The notes under the pieces are model-generated. The model was given only the letters and a program-made list of their open reading frames with translations. It was not told the origin of the DNA and made no database searches. Below, one piece after another: positions 8,740 through 16,510 of a stretch of 26,553 bases of DNA. Origin of the DNA: Bacteriovoracaceae bacterium (GTDB taxonomy: Bacteria > Bdellovibrionota > Bacteriovoracia > Bacteriovoracales > Bacteriovoracaceae); assembly GCA_041586955.1 (NCBI GenBank), contig JBFGZE010000042.1, positions 1 to 26,553 on the forward strand. Direction: 5' to 3'. A program made the translations under genes and the position numbers. Every line of letters starts with the position of its first letter. Position 1 is the first letter of the stretch.

Positions 8740-9900
8740 ATGAGTGTTTATATTTTGGGTGGTTCAAGAACCCCTAGTGGAAGTTTTTTAGGTAAATTAT
8801 CAAGTGTTCCGGCACCGCGTTTAGGTGCTTGGGCGATTAAAGGTGCCTTACAAAAGGCCAATATTTCATCTGATCAAGTGGGTGAAGTTCTTATGGGTCA
8901 CGTGGTTCAGGCCGGCTGTGGTCAAGCTCCTGCTCGTCAAGCGGCCCTTTTCGCTGAACTGCCGGAAAGTGTTCCTTGCACGACGGTGAATAAAGTTTGT
9001 GGTTCAGGATTACAAACAATTATCATGGGGGCGAAGTCAATTATTGCAGGTGATACTAATTGTGTTATTGCCGGTGGGATGGAAAATATGTCCATGGCCC
9101 CGCATCTTTTGCCTCAAGGCCGTCAAGGCATGAAATTTGGAGGAGGGGAAATTAAAGATGCCATGCAATGGGATGGCCTATGGGATGTTTATTCCGACCG
9201 GCCGATGGGAAATTGTGCCGAGGAATGTGTTTCAAAGTACGGTTTTACCCGAGAAGAACAAGATGCTTTTTCCATTGAATCTTTTAAGAGAGCTCAAAAG
9301 GCCTTGAATGAGGGGATTTTCAAAGATGAGATTACTTCAGTGGTTGTTCCCTCAAGAAGGGGAGATATTGAAGTACTTGAGGACGAAGGTCCGCTTAAGG
9401 CAAGTTTTGATAAAATACCCAAATTGAGGCCTGCATTTGAAAAAAATGGTACAATAACAGCTGCAAATGCTTCGACTATCAATGATGGGGCAGCAGCTGT
9501 TGTGTTAGGCGGTGAGGAATTTAAGGATCAGGCCAATTTTAAAATTGTTTCCTATGCCTCCCATGCCCAAAACCCAACTTGGTTTACAACAGCGCCTGCA
9601 CAGGCCATGAGAAAGTGTTTAGAAAAAGCAAACCTAAGCATTGATGATATTGGCCTTTTTGAAATCAATGAAGCCTTTGCTGTTGTAACTATGGCCTGCA
9701 TGAAAGATTTTAATCTCGACCCCAATAAAGTAAATATTTTTGGCGGTGGAGTAAGTTTGGGGCATCCAATTGGTTGCTCGGGTACAAGAATAGTCGTGAC
9801 GTTGATGAACGCAATGGAGCGAAAGAATGAACGCTATGGGATGGCCTCAATCTGCATCGGAGGAGGGGAGGCCTTAAGTCTCATTTTGGAGAAAATTTAA
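8740..9900 (+). CDS. Acetyl-CoA C-acetyltransferase (thiolase)
   Basis: NKVCGSG, GGMENMS, EINEAFA, GHPIGCSG, CIGGG; GAGGAGG RBS. Confidence 0.95.
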   Translation: MSVYILGGSRTPSGSFLGKLSSVPAPRLGAWAIKGALQKANISSDQVGEVLMGHVVQAGCGQAPARQAALFAELPESVPCTTVNKVCGSGLQTIIMGAKSIIAGDTNCVIAGGMENMSMAPHLLPQGRQGMKFGGGEIKDAMQWDGLWDVYSDRPMGNCAEECVSKYGFTREEQDAFSIESFKRAQKALNEGIFKDEITSVVVPSRRGDIEVLEDEGPLKASFDKIPKLRPAFEKNGTITAANASTINDGAAAVVLGGEEFKDQANFKIVSYASHAQNPTWFTTAPAQAMRKCLEKANLSIDDIGLFEINEAFAVVTMACMKDFNLDPNKVNIFGGGVSLGHPIGCSGTRIVVTLMNAMERKNERYGMASICIGGGEALSLILEKI

Positions 9901-10979
9901 TGGCCACAGCAATCAAACCGAAGTCAACTTCTCAGAAGAAATCAGGGATTCGAAAGTTTAAACCTGGAGAGGTCCTCTTTCATGAGAATGAGCCAGCTGA
10001 TTGCCTTTATATTATTCAAAAGGGTCAAGTTCGCCTTTACCGGCCCAAAGGTCGTGGGTTTGTTGATTTAGCAATTCTACGCCAGGGTGAGGTTATTGGA
10101 GAGATGGCCTTTTTTGATGAAAAGTCCACACGCCGTAGTTGTTCTGCGGCGTCCATTATGAATACTGAAGTAATTCAAATTTCTTTTCAGGCCTTTGCTA
10201 AAACCATGGAAGGTCTAAATCCTTGGTTCCAAACGATTATCAATACGTTGGCAAACCGTTTGCGCAAAACTAATGAGCGAGTAAAAAACCTCGAGAGTAA
10301 CTCAGTGGGCTTTGGTGCAGGTGGAAAAGTTGCCGATTATGTTTTCTTCCATAACTCAGATGTCATTAAAATTCTTTCGATCATTTACTTAGTGGTCAAA
10401 ACCCATGCTGACCGCAAGAAGGACTTTTTTGAAATCCATATGAGTAAATTGAAATTCTATATGCTGGACGTTTTCAATATTATGGAAGTGAAGTATGAAG
10501 AATTTATGCAAATGCTGATTAATCAGCGATACGTGGAAGTGGCGAAAGATGCTGATGGCCTACCTAAGCTTATTCAGGTTCATGATATTGACCGCTTTCG
10601 GGGAATGGTGGCATTCTTTAATACCCAACGTATGAGTGATGATAGTAAAAAATTGATAATCTCCGATCGCTGTGAGAAATTTCTTGGAAAAATTTTAGAT
10701 CAATTAAATTTAAAAGGTCTTGATAAACCTAAAGGTCACGCCGATATCAGTGCTATTTTAGAGGAATTTAAGGCCGAAAAAGTGGGAATTACCGATGAGG
10801 ATTTATCAGATGCCATTAAGGCAAAAATCTGTGATGCAGTTCTTGTTGGTGAAGGGAATAGGCTTACATCCATTGTTAATTACGATAAATTAAAAAAGAC
10901 TTATCCTGCAATCAAGATAATGAATGATATTAAGAGGATTAATGATATTAAGGCCAAAAACGGAAAAGGTGGCTATTAA
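9900..10979 (+). CDS. Cyclic nucleotide-binding (Crp/Fnr-like) protein with long C-terminal region
   Basis: GEVLFHENE, LYIIQKGQV, GEVIGEMAFFD...RSCSA phosphate-binding cassette; TAATG overlap with the thiolase stop. Confidence 0.85.
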   Translation: MATAIKPKSTSQKKSGIRKFKPGEVLFHENEPADCLYIIQKGQVRLYRPKGRGFVDLAILRQGEVIGEMAFFDEKSTRRSCSAASIMNTEVIQISFQAFAKTMEGLNPWFQTIINTLANRLRKTNERVKNLESNSVGFGAGGKVADYVFFHNSDVIKILSIIYLVVKTHADRKKDFFEIHMSKLKFYMLDVFNIMEVKYEEFMQMLINQRYVEVAKDADGLPKLIQVHDIDRFRGMVAFFNTQRMSDDSKKLIISDRCEKFLGKILDQLNLKGLDKPKGHADISAILEEFKAEKVGITDEDLSDAIKAKICDAVLVGEGNRLTSIVNYDKLKKTYPAIKIMNDIKRINDIKAKNGKGGY

Positions 10980-11033
10980 GTCTAGGGCATCAGACTAGAT
11001 TAAGGGCCACCATTTACCATTTCATCAACATCT

Positions 11034-11435
11034 TTAGAGGCATTCAATAATGACATTAAGGGCATCAATCGATGTAAAAATGCCGTAGAGACGTCCCTCT
11101 TCATTCACCACTAAGGCCGAGCCAATTTTCTTTTTCGACATTTGAAAAACGACATCCTTGAGAAGATCAGTATGAGGTACACAGAATGGTTTATCGACCA
11201 TAATCTCCATCGCCTTACGCTTGCCCCAGGTCTCCATAGGCAATGTATTGATTTGTCGTTCACTAATAATGCCGACCGGAAATCCATTTGCAATAATGGG
11301 GATATGACGAATATTATTTCGTATCATTAAATTTTTAGCATGATCAAGTGTTTCTTCAGCATCGATACAAATGGGGTCAACGCTTGTGAATTCCTCAACG
11401 AGTAGGCTTTTGGGGTCTAATTTAGGTAGCGGCAT
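11034..11435 (-). CDS. CBS domain-pair protein
   Basis: IRHIPII...VGIISER and IGSALVV...GIFTSID; GGAGG RBS. Confidence 0.88.
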   Translation of the reverse strand: MPLPKLDPKSLLVEEFTSVDPICIDAEETLDHAKNLMIRNNIRHIPIIANGFPVGIISERQINTLPMETWGKRKAMEIMVDKPFCVPHTDLLKDVVFQMSKKKIGSALVVNEEGRLYGIFTSIDALNVIIECL

Positions 11436-11448
11436 ATAAACCTCCCTC

Positions 11449-11724
11449 TTATTTATTTTTATTTTTTAAAATCTGGAACTTGGCCTTATCTTTTAAAAGT
11501 TCAATTGTTTTAAAAAAATTATCGGAATGGGCCTTGGCCAAAAATACATCTTGCTTACTGTGGATTTTAACATCACTAACTTTTTTCTTGTCGTATTCCC
11601 AAAATGTGATTGAAACACGACTATCTGGATCTAGATAGTTACTCAAAGACTGAAATTTTTCAATGGCCTTCTGCTTGAGAGAGGGTTCTTTTTCCATTCC
11701 TTTAAAGCTAATTTCCACTTGCAT
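11449..11724 (-). CDS. hpf: Ribosome hibernation factor HPF/RaiA (short form)
   Basis: MQVEISFKGMEKEPSLK...FLAKAHSDNFFKTIELLKDK fits HPF/S30AE; AGGAGG RBS favours ATG at 11724. Confidence 0.75.
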   Translation of the reverse strand: MQVEISFKGMEKEPSLKQKAIEKFQSLSNYLDPDSRVSITFWEYDKKKVSDVKIHSKQDVFLAKAHSDNFFKTIELLKDKAKFQILKNKNK

Positions 11725-11921
11725 CAATTACCTCCTGATGTTTTTGGTCTGCAGCAGAGAATCCAATTCCTCTGCTTTTCTCTGGTGTTAGAATGCTTGA
11801 TTTGGGAATTAAAATATATGATAAAGCTCAGGATGTGCTGTGTAATTTCTCATTGAAAGACCTGATTCAGGGCCTTATGAAGAGGGGGCTGGCAAAATAG
11901 GCATTTTTTTTAAAACCTTGT

Positions 11922-11937
11922 CATGATCTCGGTCATG
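11922..11937. promoter_or_regulatory. Palindrome CATGA-N6-TCATG, Crp/Fnr-type spacing
   Basis: CATGATCTCGGTCATG in the divergent intergenic region; a weaker TATGA-N6-TCAGG lies at 11817-11832. Confidence 0.4.
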
Positions 11938-12057
11938 TTTATCTATGTGAATAAACAAGTCTATTCTTGCTTAAAAGCAGAGGCAATTAAACTTGTAGAG
12001 TTTAAATTATCGGTGTTATAAGTTTTGGAAAACTTAAACTCTAGCTAAGGAGGAGCG

Positions 12058-12777
12058 ATGAAGCGCCAGGCGTCAATTATTTTTACATCACTGATGATGG
12101 GTCTTTGTTTTAATACAATAGCGTCCTATCAGGCGATAATTCCAGTCGATCATATCTATGTGCCCCATGGGTTTGACTCAAATGACAATACCGAAGTTGT
12201 GATTGAAGGCTATCTTCCTAATCTTTGTTACCGCTCCCCTCGAGCGAGTGTTCAGGTCGTAGGTAACGAAATTAAAATTAAGATGACGTCCCTAAGGGCA
12301 CCTGATTCTTCGGCCTGTGCGGAAATGGTCGTGCCCTATGTCCGGCCAGTAAGTGTGGGGACTTTACCGGCAGGTGATTATAAGATTCTTGTGAATGAGG
12401 GGGAATTTGATTCCATTAAATCAAATATTCAAGTCGCACCAAGTCCATCACAGGCAATTGATAATTTTGTTTATGCCTATGTTGATTATTTGGAAGTGGA
12501 TGAGAGTGGACGTGTATTTTTAAATGGCCATAATCCTAGCGATTGTTTTGTTTTGGATCGAGTGGAGTTTTACGATAATAAAAAAGATACTTATAGCGTT
12601 TTACCAATCATGAAGCAAATAGCAGATATTTGTCCCCAGCGAATTATGCCTTTTCGCTATGAGATTCAAGTCCCAGACTATTTAAAGTCGGACAAGGTTC
12701 TTCTGCATACTCGCTCCATGAATGGTATGTCCGTTAATACTCTGTATTTTAAAAATGGTATGTCATCCTTATTGTAA
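12058..12777 (+). CDS. Secreted hypothetical protein with two similar Cys-paired halves
   Basis: AAGGAGG RBS, signal peptide; GYLPNLCY...CAEMVVPY mirrored by GHNPSDCF...CPQRIMPF. Confidence 0.8.
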   Translation: MKRQASIIFTSLMMGLCFNTIASYQAIIPVDHIYVPHGFDSNDNTEVVIEGYLPNLCYRSPRASVQVVGNEIKIKMTSLRAPDSSACAEMVVPYVRPVSVGTLPAGDYKILVNEGEFDSIKSNIQVAPSPSQAIDNFVYAYVDYLEVDESGRVFLNGHNPSDCFVLDRVEFYDNKKDTYSVLPIMKQIADICPQRIMPFRYEIQVPDYLKSDKVLLHTRSMNGMSVNTLYFKNGMSSLL

Positions 12778-13401
12778 TTTACATACCCCTTGATTGGGTT
12801 CTAATTCGTTGATGGTAATTGAATTGTCATCAACGATAGACCCAGTCAAAAACCTTTCTTCTTTTCGATCGCCAAAGGCCATCGAAAAAGTCTCTCCCTC
12901 TATAAGATAGATCCCAAGGGATTCATTATAGAGAGCGTCATTTGTCGTGGCAAGTTGTTTCCATTGTCTTCTTTTAACCATGCCTGAGGGGTAAAACTCA
13001 AAGGCATTCTCTTCATAACTGGTATTAGGAATGATGCGGATCTTAGGGCAAGTGGCATTCGTGCGCACCAATTTTCCTAGAGTATGACCGATGGCATGGC
13101 ATTTAATAGAAGGGGTTTCAAAGGTAATAATAAGTCCTTTTGCAAACTCATAGGGACCTGAGGCCTCGACAAAGTTAATGATAGGTAGTTGCAAATGAAT
13201 GGAATCTCCTTGAATATGATAGGTACCATGCCAAAGTTCCAGCCCATTTTGTGGTTTAGCGCTTAAGGTATTATTTTTTTTTAAATAAAGTTCATAATTC
13301 TGGGTACCGTCGGTGCAGAAAAAGGTTTCCTCCACGCTTGGGGGGAGAACGTCGGCGTATAGGGGAGCGAGAGTAAAAAACAAGAGTAAAGTCATTTTCA
13401 T
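12769..13401 (-). CDS. Secreted hypothetical protein
   Basis: Signal peptide MKMTLLLFFTLAPLYA; GGAGG RBS; beta-rich, four Cys. Confidence 0.75.
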   Translation of the reverse strand: MKMTLLLFFTLAPLYADVLPPSVEETFFCTDGTQNYELYLKKNNTLSAKPQNGLELWHGTYHIQGDSIHLQLPIINFVEASGPYEFAKGLIITFETPSIKCHAIGHTLGKLVRTNATCPKIRIIPNTSYEENAFEFYPSGMVKRRQWKQLATTNDALYNESLGIYLIEGETFSMAFGDRKEERFLTGSIVDDNSITINELEPNQGVCKLQ

Positions 13402-13449
13402 AAAAAACCCTCCGCTAAGATTAGTTGGGAGGGATCATAATAGAATTGA

Positions 13450-13480
13450 AAAAAATAAACAAGAGAGGCCAATTCCTCTC
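13450..13480 (-). terminator. Probable intrinsic terminator of the vWA lipoprotein gene
   Basis: Minus strand GAGAGG-AATTGG-CCTCTC then TTGTTTATTTTT, 8 nt after the stop at 13489. Confidence 0.6.
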
Positions 13481-13488
13481 ATTATATT

Positions 13489-15015
13489 CTAGGCGCTAGG
13501 GTCATAAATGACTTGAACCGTCGCTCCATTAGAGTAAATCGCATTACCATTGAGCTTTAAAAAATAGCCAGACTTATTAACTGCTGGACTACCTTGGCAA
13601 TAGTCGGCCCCACACATTTTTCCAGGCGCTTGAATCTTTATGTTTTTGGATTGGTAATAGGCGGGTTGACCACCTGACTTTATTAATTGCCAACCATTGG
13701 TACTTGATTTTTGAATAGTTTGTCCATTGATCTTGAGAACAATAGAGCTTTCAAGTGGTTTTGATTGGATATTAACATAACCAAAATATTCTTTTGGTGT
13801 TTGGGTTTTTACAATCATGCATTCCGGATAGGTGACATGGGCATCACCATAGAGCTTAATGGAATAACCATTAAAAGGCTCGCCAGGGCCTGGTTCATAA
13901 CGTGTATTGACGTTTTGGACAGAATTCGTAAAGGAGAAGCCTGTTGGGTTGCCAGTAACAGGTTCAGATAGCCGATTGATCGGCTGACCATTTTTAAAAA
14001 CTTTGATTTCATCTGGATCGATAGCGGAAGCACCGCTGGAGGCCACTGGCCAATAATTATATTTATGGCGCACGAGAGTGTCTTGAATGGAGTTATTAAT
14101 ACCATCAAAGATATGAGCAAAATCGCTGATCTGACAAATATCGTAGGAGTCATAGGGAATGATACCGTCAGCAGATGGGGAAGGGCTTCCCTGGTCAGTG
14201 GGAGATGCTGTCCCATTATTATAGCTGGCGGTATAAATATATGACGATAAGGTGCGATAGACTTTATTTAAGGACCAGAGTGATTGTGAACCTCCACATT
14301 TATCTTGGTGAGCGACTATAGACATAAATCGCATTTGAATATTATTAAGTGTCGGCCCTGAGCACGCACCAGAAGAGGGGTTATGATTACCACGTAAGCA
14401 TAAAAGATCTTTCATGCGTGCTTGAATATATTCATCGCGATCTTTAGCAATAGGATAAGTACCCTTAACCCATGAATTATCATCTTGGTTTGACATCACG
14501 ACTACGATTAAATAGGCACCATTTCTAAAGATGCCATTGCTGATATTATTTTTAATAAGATCCGCGGCCCTTTGTGCTCCTGACTCGGCGTTGCCAGCAG
14601 CTTGAGGAAAGTTAAGGGAATTGGCCGCTTGTGAGCGGTCAACTTTGATGGATAAGGCACTTGAACCTAGGCCAACCGGAGTTTCTGATACAAAGCGAGC
14701 GTATTGATTATTGCTTCCGATGAGAGGAGCAAGCATGATATGATAATCAAAACGTGATGACATTAGATCAATCGTATTATTAAGCGCTGACTTGGTTTTT
14801 TGACTGATAAAGGTCGAGGAGCTGGAGTTATCCCATAAGAAGAGAAAGTCCACTTGTGGTTTAATGAGAGTAAAGTGAGAACAACTTGAATTGGTTTGAT
14901 GGTTGATCGGGTTAGAACTCGATGATTCAACCTTTTTTTTCGTCGCAAATTGCTCTGGTCCACAACTATTGAGTCCCAAAAGTAGAGCACATAAAAGTAT
15001 TTGTTTCAATTTCAT
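13489..15015 (-). CDS. vWA-like (MIDAS) domain lipoprotein
   Basis: Likely start ATG 15015 (MKLKQ) after AAGGTGAG; lipobox LNSC; VDFLFLWDNSSS (DxSxS), FRNGAYLIVVVMSNQDD; Cys-rich. Confidence 0.75.
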   Translation of the reverse strand: MKLKQILLCALLLGLNSCGPEQFATKKKVESSSSNPINHQTNSSCSHFTLIKPQVDFLFLWDNSSSSTFISQKTKSALNNTIDLMSSRFDYHIMLAPLIGSNNQYARFVSETPVGLGSSALSIKVDRSQAANSLNFPQAAGNAESGAQRAADLIKNNISNGIFRNGAYLIVVVMSNQDDNSWVKGTYPIAKDRDEYIQARMKDLLCLRGNHNPSSGACSGPTLNNIQMRFMSIVAHQDKCGGSQSLWSLNKVYRTLSSYIYTASYNNGTASPTDQGSPSPSADGIIPYDSYDICQISDFAHIFDGINNSIQDTLVRHKYNYWPVASSGASAIDPDEIKVFKNGQPINRLSEPVTGNPTGFSFTNSVQNVNTRYEPGPGEPFNGYSIKLYGDAHVTYPECMIVKTQTPKEYFGYVNIQSKPLESSIVLKINGQTIQKSSTNGWQLIKSGGQPAYYQSKNIKIQAPGKMCGADYCQGSPAVNKSGYFLKLNGNAIYSNGATVQVIYDPSA

Positions 15016-15055
15016 ATTTCTCACCTTAGACCAAATTCATAGATCTCTATGGTAT

Positions 15056-15082
15056 TTATCGGACAATAGGCGTTGGAACTTA
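15056..15082 (-). promoter_or_regulatory. Sigma-28 (FliA)-type promoter
   Basis: Minus strand TAAG-N15-TCCGATAA versus consensus TAAA-N15-GCCGATAA, about 40 nt upstream of the start. Confidence 0.65.
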
Positions 15083-15307
15083 AAAGCTAAGTTGTAGGGA
15101 GTAAGTTATTTAATTCTAAAGGGTTAGGGACTTGAAAAAGGCCTTTTAAAGAGGGAGAGGTTTGTCAAAAAGATAAGCACTTCTCATTCATCCCCAAGCG
15201 ACTAAAATTGTTTAAAGTTTTTACATCATAGGTTTTTTTACAGGCCTTGAGGTGTCGTCCACCTTTTTTATTTATCCTAGGGGGGTAATGTAATCAAGGG
15301 ATACTTC

Positions 15308-16396
15308 ATGAAATTAGGGAACGTCGCCATAGCTGTATTATTATTGACATCAGCCTGTTCGAAAAAGCTGATTCGTTCGATGTCATCAGATATCGTTAAA
15401 CCTCGACAGGATGAAAAGCTACCTATTGTTAAGCACCAAGAAGACCCACGTGACCGCTGGCAAATTAAATTAGAGCAAGGTCATCTTGAAGTTTTTTTAC
15501 AAGATAAGCTGGTTTATGAAAAAAGTAATGTCAAAAAAATACTTGGCAATTCAAATAGTTTTTTGGCCTTTCAAACTGACTACCACGATATTCTTTTTCA
15601 TATTAGAAAAGGGCAAATGAAAAAATGTCTTTCCTCTTCTTGCTCTATCAAAGTGTCGAAAAGTTTTGCCTCAATTCAACAAGGGAAAAAAAGCGGAATT
15701 GTTTTTAATAAAGATGCGGATAAAGTACGCCAAATTGTAAACGGTGAGCAATTAAAGATTACCATCAGTGATGATTTTGCTGCTATTTCTCAAATGAATA
15801 AAGGTGAAATTGTCAATCGTCGCGAAGAAGTGATTTTTCAATACTCCTCGGTTGAAGGCCGATTAATTGAAGTGAAAGGGCCATTTGCCTTTACTCAAAG
15901 TAATAATGGTGATGGTCAACTTTGGCATATTGCGAAAGGTCGAGTGGCCAATTTTTCAGGAGGAGTAGGGACTCATATTCAAATTTCAGATCGTTTTGCC
16001 TCTTTTCAAAATATGGAAGGTGATGGCGGACTGGTCAATCATAAAGGTGAATTTCTTAGAACATTTTATGGCATGCCTGGCCTAACAATGAAGTTAACTG
16101 ACCGTTTTGCCTATACCCGCAATGATTTAAATATGGGGTTTCTTTACCACCATGAACGCGGTTTATTACAAAAAGTGACGCATGAAAAAAGCTTTCGATT
16201 TCAAATTTCGAAAACTTTTGCCGCCTATAGTAACGAGCTAGGTGAAGGACAAATTTGGGATTATTCTGGTACATCTATTAAAACATTCGAAGATGCCCGT
16301 AACCTGGATATCGTCATTGGCAATAAAAAGGCGATGTATAAAACTTCTGATATTTCAGGAACTTTTTCCTATGATCATTCAATAATTTTCAAATAG
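15308..16396 (+). CDS. Lipoprotein with about 37-aa repeats (probable beta-propeller)
   Basis: Lipobox TSAC; 7-8 repeats of hxhSxxFA...Gxh. Confidence 0.75.
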   Translation: MKLGNVAIAVLLLTSACSKKLIRSMSSDIVKPRQDEKLPIVKHQEDPRDRWQIKLEQGHLEVFLQDKLVYEKSNVKKILGNSNSFLAFQTDYHDILFHIRKGQMKKCLSSSCSIKVSKSFASIQQGKKSGIVFNKDADKVRQIVNGEQLKITISDDFAAISQMNKGEIVNRREEVIFQYSSVEGRLIEVKGPFAFTQSNNGDGQLWHIAKGRVANFSGGVGTHIQISDRFASFQNMEGDGGLVNHKGEFLRTFYGMPGLTMKLTDRFAYTRNDLNMGFLYHHERGLLQKVTHEKSFRFQISKTFAAYSNELGEGQIWDYSGTSIKTFEDARNLDIVIGNKKAMYKTSDISGTFSYDHSIIFK

Positions 16397-16411
16397 CATC
16401 TGATCAATTTA

Positions 16412-16443
16412 GTCCTCTAGAGACTCTCTAGCGGACATTTTTT
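16412..16443 (+). terminator. Probable intrinsic terminator
   Basis: GTCC-T-CTAGAG / CTCTAG-C-GGAC stem with one mismatch, then ATTTTTT, just after the stop at 16396. Confidence 0.55.
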
Positions 16444-16462
16444 CCAACTCATTTCTCGCGTG

Positions 16463-16478
16463 TTGTAATGCGTTACAA
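16463..16478. promoter_or_regulatory. Palindromic operator-like site TTGTAA-N4-TTACAA
   Basis: TTGTAATGCGTTACAA, just upstream of a TATTAT -10-like hexamer (16484-16489) and the GYF-PilZ RBS. Confidence 0.45.
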
Positions 16479-16510
16479 TTAGGTATTATTAAATATTGAG
16501 GAGTGTATCC

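Noticed and set aside
4161..9900. PHB synthesis or clostridial butyrate fermentation cluster
   Set aside because: No phaB/phaC, etfAB, ptb/buk or CoA-transferase in the window; pathway direction cannot be assigned.
11890..11903. TGGCAAAATAGGCA as a sigma-54 promoter
   Set aside because: Only 8 nt between GG and GC; 10 are required.
12007..12036. Minus-strand TAAG...ACCGATAA as a third FliA promoter
   Set aside because: Spacer is 18 nt rather than about 15, and it is about 280 nt from hpf.
13463..13480. AGAGGAATTGG shared with the 11753-11776 hairpin as a dispersed repeat family
   Set aside because: Only 11 bp in two copies with unrelated flanks.
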